Origin: a bacterium | GTDB lineage: Bacteria > Patescibacteriota > Microgenomatia > Daviesbacterales > UBA10151 | Direction of reading: 5' to 3' | DNA: 53,792 nucleotides | NCBI GenBank assembly: GCA_030647265.1 | Contig: JAUSJM010000013.1 | Span: forward strand, 1 to 53,792 | Shown here: in pieces, positions 8,592-19,037 of the stretch | Position numbering within the stretch: position 1 is the first letter of the stretch | How the letters are laid out: each line of letters begins with the position of its first letter | The notes under the pieces: model-generated | Databases searched by the model: none | What the model was told of the DNA's origin: nothing | The model's input: only the letters and a program-made list of their open reading frames with translations | Position numbers and translations under genes: made by a program

Positions 8592-9284
8592 TCACCTTTT
8601 TAAGACCTTAGAAAAAACCAATAGGCTTAAATTTAAACCTATAGGAACCAGTAATAATTTATCAACAGTTATCAAAAATGAGGTCAGTCCAGAAAAGTTT
8701 AGGAATCTCAAACTTTCTAACCAGGAAAGGTTCTTGGTAAGATATAAACCTGCCAGGCTTAATATCGCCACAGAGAGAAAAGCTCCTAAAAAAGCCAAGG
8801 CTCCCTCCAAGTCTTTTTTACTGGAGAACATGGTATTAGAGATCTCAAATACAGTATAAAAGGTTAGAAGTACCTGCCAGAGGGGAAGTTTGCCACTTAA
8901 GCTATCTTGTCCCCAGATGAGAATGAGAAGTATTATCCCTAGTCCTACCAAGATGGGAGCCATACCAATAATGAGTCTTCTTAACATATCTGTTTGCCCA
9001 ATTTCCGCACTTCCCAGCCTAATATTATCTCCTTCCATTACCGGGAATATCTCAATCTCTCCTACAGGTACAAACATCAAAGCTGCCACCAGCATATGTG
9101 CCAGTTCATGAATGATGGTTCCAGGAAGATAAAGAAGGGCTAAAAAGGAGACTGTGAAACTTCGGCTTCGGGTCAATCTATAAAACGCTCGAGCAAAATA
9201 AGAGGTGAGTAAATGAGAAAGCCAAAATAAGAGGAATAATTCCCCCACAAAAACTACAAAAAAAACCCACCAGGAGATTACCAT
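8592..9284 (-). CDS. Membrane zinc metallopeptidase (M50-like)
   Basis: Multiple TM helices; PGTIIHELAH (HExxH), IGMAP and a downstream SSKKDL motif. Confidence 0.75.
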   Translation of the reverse strand: MVISWWVFFVVFVGELFLLFWLSHLLTSYFARAFYRLTRSRSFTVSFLALLYLPGTIIHELAHMLVAALMFVPVGEIEIFPVMEGDNIRLGSAEIGQTDMLRRLIIGMAPILVGLGIILLILIWGQDSLSGKLPLWQVLLTFYTVFEISNTMFSSKKDLEGALAFLGAFLSVAILSLAGLYLTKNLSWLESLRFLNFSGLTSFLITVDKLLLVPIGLNLSLLVFSKVLKR

Positions 9285-9372
9285 TTATTTGAGTATAGAG
9301 GCAGGGGAACTCCTTGACAACCTTTTCTTATTAATGAAATACTGGATATATTCAAGAAAGGAAGGTGAGTTA

Positions 9373-9789
9373 ATGGACGATAATCAAACAGCAACTCAAG
9401 ATGCTGTTCCAACTAGTAGAGCACTTAGTATTCCATCTGAAGTCAGAAGTTTTCTAGAAGGTCTCCTGCAAGATGCAGGGATGAATGCACTAGACGCGGA
9501 AATGAAAGAGGAGATGATGAAAGAGCTTTGTGCCCGTTTAGATAATTTTCTCACCTCTACCATAATAGATAATTTACCAGCAGAAAATCTGGACACTTTC
9601 ATTCAAATGAACGAGGAGAAGAAGCCAAAGTCAGAAATTGAGCAATTTCTAAAGGAGCATATGCCAAATACAGAGGATGTATTTGCAAAAGCTTTTATGG
9701 AATTTCGCGATCTTTATTTAGGAAATGTTTCTGTGGCCAGAAATGCCCCAAAAGCAAGTGACCAAGCTGTAAAACCGGCTGAGGCGTAA
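9373..9789 (+). CDS. Small acidic helical protein (DUF5663-like CPR family)
   Basis: SD-like GAAGGTGA and TTGACA at 9314; LLQDAGMNALDAEMKEEMMKEL...IIDNLP pattern; 4 nt upstream of the giant gene. Confidence 0.65.
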   Translation: MDDNQTATQDAVPTSRALSIPSEVRSFLEGLLQDAGMNALDAEMKEEMMKELCARLDNFLTSTIIDNLPAENLDTFIQMNEEKKPKSEIEQFLKEHMPNTEDVFAKAFMEFRDLYLGNVSVARNAPKASDQAVKPAEA

Positions 9790-9793
9790 AGCT

Positions 9794-12700
9794 ATGGATA
9801 ACACAGTAGAGATTGGAACTGGAATACCTACTACCGAGGCAAGTAGGACTGCAGAGAAGCGTGAAACTCGGGAACAAGTTGTGGAGGCGTTAAATGCCTC
9901 CTATGCTGTTTTGGAAAAAGTTCCTGAAGATAAATTAACCCCAAAAGAACAAGCAGCCCGAGAATTGATCCGTGGAGCCAAGGCTAAAACAATCGACCAA
10001 GACAGATTTTATTATCTTAATCATTTTAAGGACGAGCAGGGCCACGAGTATCGTCAACGGGAATACATGCCGGTTGACGAACTGATTGATTTTTTAACCG
10101 AACAGATTAAAAGCGATAAGCTTTCCGAGGATGAGGTGAACCAGTACCAAGATTACCGTGGCATCCTTATTAGAAACAGTAAGTCTTATTACCGAATTCC
10201 CAACCGAACCCAACGAGCACGTCTAAATGCCAGGGTAAAACAAGAATACGACAGGATACAAGTTGATCCGAGGCTCACAACAGGCAATCCTCAAGAGGAC
10301 TATTTCCAAGCCTCCCAAACTATTACTAAACGCCGGGAACTTGTACCTCCACCTAAACAAAAAGAGAAACAGCAAGAGGATCAGCATCATCAAGATAACC
10401 AGCATGATGACGGAAGTACTGTTCAGGAAATTCGCCGGGATTTTGTGATTGCCAGACGGGACGTCGATATTCGAAAGCGCGCAGCTGAGCTTGCCGAAGA
10501 GCAACTTAGAGGTGAGATGCGTCGAGGGAGTGCCTTTAATCCATTAAATTGGCCAAGAAAGATCCGCTTAAGAATCCTCGAAGAATATTACCGCCAACAA
10601 TATATAGGTAGAGCTGAAAGCGCGATGATTGCCAATAACAACTCTTACCTAGATATGGACGTTGTGCATAACGCCATGAAGAATGCCAATGAAAATATTG
10701 ATAGGGAGAGAGTAGCCGGACGATCCAAGGTAGAGCAAATTAAAACCCAGGCTCAAGAGGGAATTAACCTTGAAGGGACCACTCTTCGTGAAGCAACCGG
10801 AGCCCTCAAGGAATCCATCATGAGTGACATTATCAGGCCGATTGTAAACGGCGCCGACAGCCCTCTTCTTGGTGCACAAATTCAAAATGCGGCTGATGTA
10901 CAAAGAGTTCTAAGAGCCTTTGTCGAGCAACACCAAAATAATCCTGATGTCCAAGCTATTTTTGGTAGAGATGCCACACAATTTGGGAGACTGGCAAATT
11001 ATTTTGCTTCTGATATCTTAGAAACAGCTGAGGCAGTTCGAGCAGACTTAGCTGCTCACAAATATGCCATAGAACAACTAAACGAGGTTGTTAGAATCCA
11101 ACTGGCCAACACCAGTTGGGCAGCCGAGACTCAAGCCAACTTTAATCAGGTAGACCGGGCTGTAGCTTGGGCAGAAAGACACAGGCTAACAGGAATTTTA
11201 ATTAACCCCGCCACTATCGGAATTGCCTTTTCTTTGGGTACCTATGGATTAATGCGTGCAGCAAACATGGGTGCCAAAGCTATGGTCTGGGTTCCCGGAG
11301 CAGGGATGCTTGCAGGAGGACTTTTTGCTGCTTTCCGCCGAAATTATGATCTCAAAGTCGACAGAGCTTCTTATCAGGTAGAAAATGTTGCCTATAATGC
11401 TCAATTTGATTCCAACACCGCCCACCGACGAGAAGCGCTGCAAAGATATGATTACAATGTCGCCTCAGTAAATGAACTCTTAAATGGCGGCGGGCAGGAA
11501 ATGCTTACCACCACAGACCGTAGGTCAATGCAGGAATTACTGGCGGCTGATTTGACTGTCGCAGCGAACCAAGAAGCGCTGACCCGCCGAATGACTGAGA
11601 TTAGGACACGTCTTGATTTTTCTGCCCGTGAGAAAGTTGATTTAATTAAGTTTACAGGAGGACGTCCAGATGTTTATGGCCGAACCTTGGTAGAACAAGG
11701 CCGGCTAGAGTTAGTCAAAGCCATAGTTCAAAGTACCAAAGCTTTAAGAGATGCTGGTCTTTCGGAAGTTGATATTACGGCACTGTCTAATCGCTTTTCC
11801 GGAGAGTGGAGCAATCGTTTTACTAAAAACCGTGAGCAACAGGACCGGGCATTTGCTCACTACAGATTAAGAAATGCTATCGGAGCGGGAGTTTTCGCAG
11901 GTGTTGCAGGATTTGCCGGGGGACTAATTACTCAAGAAGCTTGGGCCCAAATAGGCAGACACGTCTTTAATCAGCAAATCGGGGATACGGTACTGGAGAA
12001 ACTGACCAAGGGAGATCTTTCCTGGAATCCCTTGGACTGGATGAACCCAACCAGAGCCCAAGGATTTGCTTCGGATACCGCTAAAGAGCTTTATAACCAC
12101 CCTGGAAATACTCCAATTAGCCACGATCTAACCATGCGCACCTTCTTTGATCAAAGCACAGGAGAACACAAAGTAGACTTCCTTGATACCAACCAGCACC
12201 AAATAACTGGGCCACCCATGCATCTTACCCCAGATGGTCATATTATTACCTCCGGAGATGTTAGTAACCTTCCTTCTAATGTTAGACAATTTGTGGAAGG
12301 ATCAGGATGGCAAAATCATGCTTATACCAATCCAGATTTGAATATTCATGAAAAAATTCAGGATTATATAAGTGGGAACCAACATGAAATCTTTACCCAT
12401 GGCAATACAATCATTAATTTAGACGCACCAAATCACACCATTGCCATTGAGGACTGGCCAACCAAAACCATCGCTCATGGAATAATTAATCCTGACGGCA
12501 GCTTTACTTTTGATAAAGCCAACCCTGAAAATGCCAACATTGACTGGACTGTATTCACCGACCGTCTTCATAATGAAGCTTGGGGAATTCATACTGAAAT
12601 CATTAACTCTCAAGCTTCGGGAGGAACAGTTTTGGACCAGCTCCTTAGCCAAAACCCAGATGCCCTAAAAACCCGAGGCATTATTGAAACTGATCAGTTT

Positions 12701-15403
12701 AAAAAGACCTGGAACTTTCATGTCCTGCGACCAGATATTGTTTCAGCAACAGGAAATCACACCCATAATGAATTAACTTTGCACCTGGGAGGAGAATACC
12801 AAGTCGGTGTTATGAAAGACGGTCAGGTAATTCCCGGTGACTTACGACACGGTATGGGTAACCCAGGTGAACTAAATTTTGGCGGGGAAATCCACGGAGG
12901 GTTAATCCAATCGCACTTAACAGGAGTTGCGCCAGCTGATGACCCACAACTCGACAGGTTAATCCAGAATAATCATGGACTAAGACTTTCCGATATGGTT
13001 TTTGTGGTCGATCTGACAAATGGTAAGCAAATCATGGTCCCCTCTGATGCTCTTGGTAATGCTAAACTGCCTACAGAGTTGTTTGATCCCTCAAACGGTC
13101 ACCTGCGAGGTGTCGAGTCTATTGCCTCAGCCTTCCTGGAAAAACAGGATGGTACATTGCTTAAAGCAGGTGACTTAGTAAATTCCGGACAAGTCCCCGG
13201 AGGCACCATACTTCATTCACTAACCTCTGAGCGCTTTTTACCAGGTGAGGTACCACCTCTTCCTCCGGTAACTCATGAAATTATCAATATAGACCCACCA
13301 AATGCCACAGAGTTTACTCCGCCGCCGCCAACTGAACTTGCACCTCCACCGATTATTCCCATACCCTTTGCCCCCAGACATCCCTTGGAACCTATAGACA
13401 GGAGAATTATTATTTATTACCCAGGAGGTGAACCTACCGCAGAAGAAAGGTCGTTTTACGAACAAAGAAGATCTCCAAGATTAAATTCTAACCCTCAGGG
13501 AACACTAAATGCCAATGAGGAGATTGATTGGTATTTATCACAACAATCACCGGAATATAAACAAGAGTTGGAAAGAATGAATAGTACTATCGGTGAACCA
13601 ATGACCAGTGAATGTAGGGTAGCTGTTTGTATTGCAGCAGCATCACACCAAGAAGGAAAGAATATCTATAAAACACTGCTTCAATATACTGATCAACGAG
13701 ATTCTAAGGGTAACTTAATCGATCCAGGTAAATACGAAATCATTCTTTTTTTGAATAGACCAGACGGTACCACTCCAGATAATACCGCTTCAGAAGTTAA
13801 GAAGTTTCAAAGAGAGCATCCGGAGATTAAGGCTCGGATAATTGAAAAAGTCTTTCCTGCTCGTCAGCCAATGGGAATAATCTCTAAGTATGTTGCCGAC
13901 ATGGCACTACTCCGATCAAGGAAAAGAACCAACCCAATTCATGCGGATCTAATTATGGCCACCAATGATGCTGATGCTGAGCTTGTCTCTAAGGGTTATA
14001 TCAATGCCATCATCCGCGATTACGAGAATCCCCAAAAAAAGCATATCGACGCCGCCTTGGGCAAAATTGATTGGGATCCTGAATCGTTTATTCAATACCC
14101 AGGATTCCATGTCGCTAATCGCTTCATTCAGTATATTGATGCCACCATACGACATTCACCAAGTAAAAGGGCTATCGGTTCATCTGGAGCTAACTTCACC
14201 ATGAAATCTTCTATCTATGCGGCTATTGGCGGATACATTGAAGATCACGGCGCCGGTCAAGATGTCGATCTTTCCAAAATGATTAAGGATGGAAGACGTC
14301 CTAGAAATGGAGGCTTAACAAAAGATAATTTTCCCATTGATTACATTAATCCTGCATGGATTGTGACAAATCCAAGGAGGGGCGTAAGTTATTACCGTCA
14401 AGGTAGGCCTATTGTTCGTCAATGGAGTGACTTTGATTCCCGTCAGGGAATCCGAGAAAATGATTGGCGTTCAAAAACTGTAGCTGCAGAATCTATAGAT
14501 ACTATGGATATTGAGCATCTGCAAAACGATATCAACGCTACAATTGAAGACTACGGAGTAGGAGTAAACTCTGACAATGTAAAGAGGGCTCTCGGTTTCC
14601 TCAACATCAAATATAAAGTAGAAAGCGGTAAAGTTATCCTGATTGATATTTCTAAATTGAAAGAAGACTTAAGAGAGTACGCTAGAGAGAGTAGGAACCG
14701 AATTAATGAACTTAAAAATCAAAAGCTAACAGGAGGGACCATTCCAACTCCAGCTGTAAGCTCTGGACGTGCTGGCAGGAGATCAACAAGTACAGCCAGA
14801 ACCCCAACACCTTCTCCCATAGTTATACCTTCTGCATCACCAACTCCAGTAGCTACAGTTATAACCCCAACCATAGCTCCAGCTGTTCAGCCAACAACTA
14901 CCATACAACCAATAACGGTAGAAGCAACTCGCCCCCAACCCGAAGCCTTACCTGCCCGGATAGATAGAGAACTTGCCGAAAGTCCCAACCCTACTGCCAG
15001 TCCCAAGGCTACTCCTCAAGAGGTAGTTAATTATTTAAAAACTATTCCGTTGGGTTCAGGCGCGCATATTGAAGAACTGATTCCACGTATGGATAACGGT
15101 CAACTTTTTCTAAGCGGAAAAATACCAGTTAAAAAATTTGGTGCTCCCGTGGGCAGTGCAAAATTTAATATTAGGATCGATAACAATCCCACTGGAGGAG
15201 TTTCAGTTATCCCACTGCAAATGGAGCTAACAGGCGCTGTAGTGTTAAAAAGAGCGGAGATTGATAATGCTATCTCCAATATCAACACGTTAATCACAGC
15301 TCAGCTTAATAAGCAAATTAGCGACAAATCCTGGGAAGCAACTGGCTTTCATATAGCCGGAGATGAATTGGCTTTTGACTTCAGAAAGAAACCTACTCCA
15401 TAA
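9794..15403 (+). CDS. Giant (1869 aa) membrane-associated protein with a GT-A/GT2-like glycosyltransferase domain
   Basis: Helical N-terminus, Gly/Ala-rich hydrophobic segments (~11190-11340, ~11875-11935), Pro-rich linkers; VAVCIAAASHQE, YEIILFLN, NDAD (DxD), GANF..IYAAIGGY..GQD motifs at ~13610-14270. Confidence 0.8.
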   Translation: MDNTVEIGTGIPTTEASRTAEKRETREQVVEALNASYAVLEKVPEDKLTPKEQAARELIRGAKAKTIDQDRFYYLNHFKDEQGHEYRQREYMPVDELIDFLTEQIKSDKLSEDEVNQYQDYRGILIRNSKSYYRIPNRTQRARLNARVKQEYDRIQVDPRLTTGNPQEDYFQASQTITKRRELVPPPKQKEKQQEDQHHQDNQHDDGSTVQEIRRDFVIARRDVDIRKRAAELAEEQLRGEMRRGSAFNPLNWPRKIRLRILEEYYRQQYIGRAESAMIANNNSYLDMDVVHNAMKNANENIDRERVAGRSKVEQIKTQAQEGINLEGTTLREATGALKESIMSDIIRPIVNGADSPLLGAQIQNAADVQRVLRAFVEQHQNNPDVQAIFGRDATQFGRLANYFASDILETAEAVRADLAAHKYAIEQLNEVVRIQLANTSWAAETQANFNQVDRAVAWAERHRLTGILINPATIGIAFSLGTYGLMRAANMGAKAMVWVPGAGMLAGGLFAAFRRNYDLKVDRASYQVENVAYNAQFDSNTAHRREALQRYDYNVASVNELLNGGGQEMLTTTDRRSMQELLAADLTVAANQEALTRRMTEIRTRLDFSAREKVDLIKFTGGRPDVYGRTLVEQGRLELVKAIVQSTKALRDAGLSEVDITALSNRFSGEWSNRFTKNREQQDRAFAHYRLRNAIGAGVFAGVAGFAGGLITQEAWAQIGRHVFNQQIGDTVLEKLTKGDLSWNPLDWMNPTRAQGFASDTAKELYNHPGNTPISHDLTMRTFFDQSTGEHKVDFLDTNQHQITGPPMHLTPDGHIITSGDVSNLPSNVRQFVEGSGWQNHAYTNPDLNIHEKIQDYISGNQHEIFTHGNTIINLDAPNHTIAIEDWPTKTIAHGIINPDGSFTFDKANPENANIDWTVFTDRLHNEAWGIHTEIINSQASGGTVLDQLLSQNPDALKTRGIIETDQFKKTWNFHVLRPDIVSATGNHTHNELTLHLGGEYQVGVMKDGQVIPGDLRHGMGNPGELNFGGEIHGGLIQSHLTGVAPADDPQLDRLIQNNHGLRLSDMVFVVDLTNGKQIMVPSDALGNAKLPTELFDPSNGHLRGVESIASAFLEKQDGTLLKAGDLVNSGQVPGGTILHSLTSERFLPGEVPPLPPVTHEIINIDPPNATEFTPPPPTELAPPPIIPIPFAPRHPLEPIDRRIIIYYPGGEPTAEERSFYEQRRSPRLNSNPQGTLNANEEIDWYLSQQSPEYKQELERMNSTIGEPMTSECRVAVCIAAASHQEGKNIYKTLLQYTDQRDSKGNLIDPGKYEIILFLNRPDGTTPDNTASEVKKFQREHPEIKARIIEKVFPARQPMGIISKYVADMALLRSRKRTNPIHADLIMATNDADAELVSKGYINAIIRDYENPQKKHIDAALGKIDWDPESFIQYPGFHVANRFIQYIDATIRHSPSKRAIGSSGANFTMKSSIYAAIGGYIEDHGAGQDVDLSKMIKDGRRPRNGGLTKDNFPIDYINPAWIVTNPRRGVSYYRQGRPIVRQWSDFDSRQGIRENDWRSKTVAAESIDTMDIEHLQNDINATIEDYGVGVNSDNVKRALGFLNIKYKVESGKVILIDISKLKEDLREYARESRNRINELKNQKLTGGTIPTPAVSSGRAGRRSTSTARTPTPSPIVIPSASPTPVATVITPTIAPAVQPTTTIQPITVEATRPQPEALPARIDRELAESPNPTASPKATPQEVVNYLKTIPLGSGAHIEELIPRMDNGQLFLSGKIPVKKFGAPVGSAKFNIRIDNNPTGGVSVIPLQMELTGAVVLKRAEIDNAISNINTLITAQLNKQISDKSWEATGFHIAGDELAFDFRKKPTP

Positions 15404-15447
15404 CTTGATATAAGCAAAGCTTGAAAACTTCGTTTATAATTCCTTCT

Positions 15448-17487
15448 ATGGAGTTAACCACATCCTTGAAATATCTTTCTGGAGTAGGGCCTGCTATAGC
15501 TAAGAGATTAGAAAGGCTAGAACTTTTTACTGTAGAAGATTTAATTAATCATTACCCCTTCAGGTATGATGATTTTTCTAAGATCTCTAAAATCTCTGAA
15601 GCTAAATTTGGTGACACTGTAACTTTTAAAGGTGATGTCTGGGCCATCAAAAATACTTATACCAGATTCAGAAGAGTTCTTACCAAAGCCACCTTAAATG
15701 ATGGAAGTGGCTCTATCGAGCTGGTGTGGTTTAACCAACCCTGGCTTATAAAGAATTTAAAAGTTGGTGATAAGATCCAAGTTTCAGCCAAAGTAGACCG
15801 TTCTGGTTCAAAACTTACCCTCGTTTCTCCAGAATGGGAGAAAGTAACACCAACTCCCGAGGTTGAGGATTTTAAACCTCGGGAGTTAGGTCTCCATACC
15901 GGAAGATTGGTTCCCATCTATCCGGAAACTTATGGCATCAACTCCAAGTGGCTTCGCATAAAGATCGCCGCAGTTTTACCCCACGCCTTACCTCAAATTG
16001 AAGATCCTATACCGGACTTTATTCAGCAGAACCTACTACCACTTTCCAAGGCCATAGAACAAATTCATTTTCCCCAAAAATTTGATCAATCTAAATAAGC
16101 TAAAAAACGACTATCTTGTGATGAACTATTCTATATCCAGCTAGCTACTCAAAAGACAAAATTACAGTGGAGAGAAAAGAAACTTACCCATTCTTTTGAA
16201 GTAGAGAAGGATTCTCTTGACATGTTTTTTACCAGCTTATCATTTCAGCTTACTGATGCCCAAAAAAGAGTTATTCAGGAGGTAGTTACAGACTTATCCA
16301 AAAATTTCCCCATGAACCGCTTAGTTCAGGGAGAGGTTGGTTCAGGAAAAACTGTGGTGGCAGCAGCCGTTATTTACTTAGCACACTTAAACAATCTTAA
16401 ATCGATCATTATGGCTCCCACCGAAATTTTAGCTTTCCAGCATTTTGATACTCTATCCAGATTACTGGAACCTTTTGGAATCAAGGTGGGAATTTATACC
16501 GGAAGCAGGAAAAGGATACAGGGTGATCTTCCTGTTATTGTTGGCACCCATGCCCTTCTTTCTAAAAGCCTGGAGCTTAATAACGTTGGGCTGGTGGTTG
16601 TTGATGAGCAACAAAGATTTGGAGTAGAGCAAAGGACTCTTCTTAGAGACAAAGCAGAGTCTCCTCATTTTTTAACAATGACTGCTACCCCTATTCCCAG
16701 AACTGTGGCTTTAACCATCTATGGTGATCTGGATCTCTCAGTGATTGATCAGATGCCGGTGGGGAGAAAAGTTGTTCGAACATATTTTGTCCCCCAAAGC
16801 AAGAGATTGGATGCCTATAAATTTATTGAAAACCATATCAAGGAAGAGGAACAAGCTTACATTATTACCCCGTTGATAGAAGAATCAGAAACTCAAGCTT
16901 CGGCTAAAGCTGCCAAGGTAGAATACGAAAGGTTGCAAAAGCAGGTTTTTCCCAAATTAAGACTAGGACTTTTACACGGAAGACTTAAGTCTAAGGAAAA
17001 AGAGGCGGCTATTAATGCTTTTAAAAACCACGAGCTGGATATTCTAGTCTCTACTTCAGTTGTAGAGGTGGGAGTTGACGTACCCAACGCCACTATAATG
17101 GTTATTGAGGGAGGTGAGAGGTTTGGGCTAGCTCAACTACACCAGCTCAGAGGGAGGGTAGGAAGGGGAGAACAACAATCATACGCTTTTCTCTTCACGG
17201 AAGAAGAAAACCCTCAAGTGATAAACCGTCTGAAAAACCTGGAAAGGATTCATGATGGCCTCACTTTATCTGAGTTAGACCTGAAAATTCGGGGCGGGGG
17301 AGAGGTTTTCGGCACCGCCCAAAGCGGTCGTTGGAATCTGAAAATAGCCTCGCTTTCCAATCTCTCGCTGATTGAAAAAACTAGAGCTGCAGCCCAAAAA
17401 GTTTTGGCTCAAGATCCTAGCCTTGACAAATACCCCAATCTTAAGCGAAAATTGTCTAGCTTGGCGCCGGAAGTCTCACCGGACTAA
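15448..17487 (+). pseudogene. recG: RecG helicase interrupted by one in-frame TAA (16096-16098); pseudogene or sequence error
   Basis: LSGVGP, HYPFRYDD and wedge domain in the first ORF; QGEVGSGKT, DEQQRFG, MTATPIPRT, QLHQLRGRVGRG in the second; both ORFs share one frame. Confidence 0.85.
15852..15887 (+). repeat. Inverted REP doublet (family B) in frame in recG
   Basis: AACTCCCGAGGTT-10 nt-AACCTCGGGAGTT, exact 13-bp inverted repeat; resembles the palindromes flanking RAYT2 and RAYT3. Confidence 0.85.
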
Positions 17488-17500
17488 GGTCAAAAAAATT

Positions 17501-17701
17501 ATGCCGCAAGAACCGAAAAAAAAACACAGCAAAGCCAGAAAACGCACCAGACGGGCCTCTATCAAGCTGGAGGAGATGGGGTTGTTACGCTGTAAAAACT
17601 GCCAGGAACTAACCATTCCGCATCAGGTTTGTAAAAATTGCGGTTATTATGGCGGTAAGGCAGTCTTAGCAAAAGTAAAGACCAAGGTTACCAGAGCTTA
17701 A
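17501..17701 (+). CDS. rpmF: 50S ribosomal protein L32
   Basis: MPQEPKKKHSKARKRTRR, CKNC...PHQVCKNCGYY. Confidence 0.95.
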   Translation: MPQEPKKKHSKARKRTRRASIKLEEMGLLRCKNCQELTIPHQVCKNCGYYGGKAVLAKVKTKVTRA

Positions 17702-17712
17702 GAAGGTTAATA

Positions 17713-18081
17713 GTGAAAACTTCCCGTGATGTCAGGCATAAGAGGAGAAAACATGTTGTCCAAGATCTCTTTGCTTGGGGATTTTCTCCGCAGCAGGAAC
17801 CTAAACTGCAACAAAGCAAAGAGGTCGTTGCTAATTTGTCTGTCATCGACAAGGAGATTGTTCAAGCTGCACCGGAATGGCCTCTTACCCAAATTAACCG
17901 CATTGATTTAAGTATCTTGCGTTTAGCAGTTTTTGAGTTAATAATTAAAAAAGACGCGCCTTTTAAGGTGGTGGTGGATGAGGCAGTAGAACTGGCTAAA
18001 GAGTTTGGTTCAGAATCCAGCTCTGCCTTTATAAATGGAGTTTTAGGAAAAGTAATTGAGAACAATAAACTAAACAAATAA
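17713..18081 (+). CDS. nusB: Transcription antitermination factor NusB
   Basis: WPLTQINRIDLSILRLAVFEL, VVVDEAVELAKEFG, FINGVLG. Confidence 0.95.
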   Translation: MKTSRDVRHKRRKHVVQDLFAWGFSPQQEPKLQQSKEVVANLSVIDKEIVQAAPEWPLTQINRIDLSILRLAVFELIIKKDAPFKVVVDEAVELAKEFGSESSSAFINGVLGKVIENNKLNK

Positions 18082-18082
18082 T

Positions 18083-18319
18083 ATGGCTGATCAACAACAA
18101 ATTATTGAAGCAATAGCGGAAAACCTGACTCTACCGGTGGCAGATATTGATATGGAAGCTTCACTTCAGGATGACATGGGACTAAACCCGGTAGAAGTGG
18201 CAGACCTTTTGGCAGATTTAGCCCACCGCTTTAAGATTGTTTTTGAACCGGGAGAGGTTGAACATATCAAGACCATTGGTGATGTAGTGGAGCTTATTGA
18301 AGACAAATCCCTGGAGTAA
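18083..18319 (+). CDS. Acyl carrier protein-like protein lacking the phosphopantetheine serine
   Basis: ACP size, acidity and pattern (ASLQDDMG...RFKI...IKTIGDVVELI) and position before rnc, but GLNPVE replaces G(A/L)DSL(D/E). Confidence 0.8.
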   Translation: MADQQQIIEAIAENLTLPVADIDMEASLQDDMGLNPVEVADLLADLAHRFKIVFEPGEVEHIKTIGDVVELIEDKSLE

Positions 18320-18338
18320 TACTTTAGGTTGGAAAAGC

Positions 18339-19037
18339 ATGAATGATGAATTTGTACAGATATTAAATAACCTCCGTTTAAAGCCAAACAACCTTTCTTT
18401 TTATCGGACAGCCTTTACTCACCGTTCTTTTCTTAATGAAGCCAAAGAGGTTAAAGAATCCAATGAGAGGCTGGAGTTTTTAGGCGATGCCATCTTGTCT
18501 TTTATCACTTCCGGTTTTCTTTTCCACAAAAGGGCCCACGATGCGGAAGGGGACCTCACAAATTTACGCTCTTATATTGTTAAAACGGAAAGTTTAGCCC
18601 GCGTCTCTCAAAAGTTGTCCTTAGGAAAATTTCTCCGCATGTCCAAAGGAGAGGAGTTTTCCGGAGGACGGCAAAACCCCCAAATATTGGCCAACACTTA
18701 TGAGGCTCTCTTGGGGGCGATCTTTATGGATTTGGGGATTGAAGCAGCTCAAACTTTTATTTACCAGACTCTTTTGCCTCTGTTTGCCACAGAAATTACT
18801 AAAGGTGCTCCCCGGGATCCTAAAAGCGAGTTGCAGGAGATGGTTCAGGAAAAGTTTCAGGTGTCCCCTAAGTATAAGATTATCGGCACAATAGGTCCCG
18901 ACCACGCCAAAAAATTTACCGTGGGTGTATTTGTCAAAGACGAATTACTCGGACGGGGAAGCGGTTCCAGCAAGCAACAGGCTGAAGAAGACTCTGCTAA
19001 AGAGGCTTTAAAAAAACTCACCGAACACCTCACATGA
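18339..19037 (+). CDS. rnc: Ribonuclease III
   Basis: AFTHRS, NERLEFLGDAIL, YEALLGAIF, dsRBD DPKSELQE...GPDHAKKF. Confidence 0.97.
   Translation: MNDEFVQILNNLRLKPNNLSFYRTAFTHRSFLNEAKEVKESNERLEFLGDAILSFITSGFLFHKRAHDAEGDLTNLRSYIVKTESLARVSQKLSLGKFLRMSKGEEFSGGRQNPQILANTYEALLGAIFMDLGIEAAQTFIYQTLLPLFATEITKGAPRDPKSELQEMVQEKFQVSPKYKIIGTIGPDHAKKFTVGVFVKDELLGRGSGSSKQQAEEDSAKEALKKLTEHLT

Noticed and set aside
14740-14950. Pro/Thr-rich low-complexity tracts (also 2780-2920) as DNA repeats
   Set aside because: Codons vary, so these are protein-level linkers rather than tandem DNA repeats.
16096-16098. Stop-codon reassignment or programmed readthrough in recG
   Set aside because: TAA, TAG and TGA all end intact genes in this window, and nearby non-consensus residues favour error or decay.
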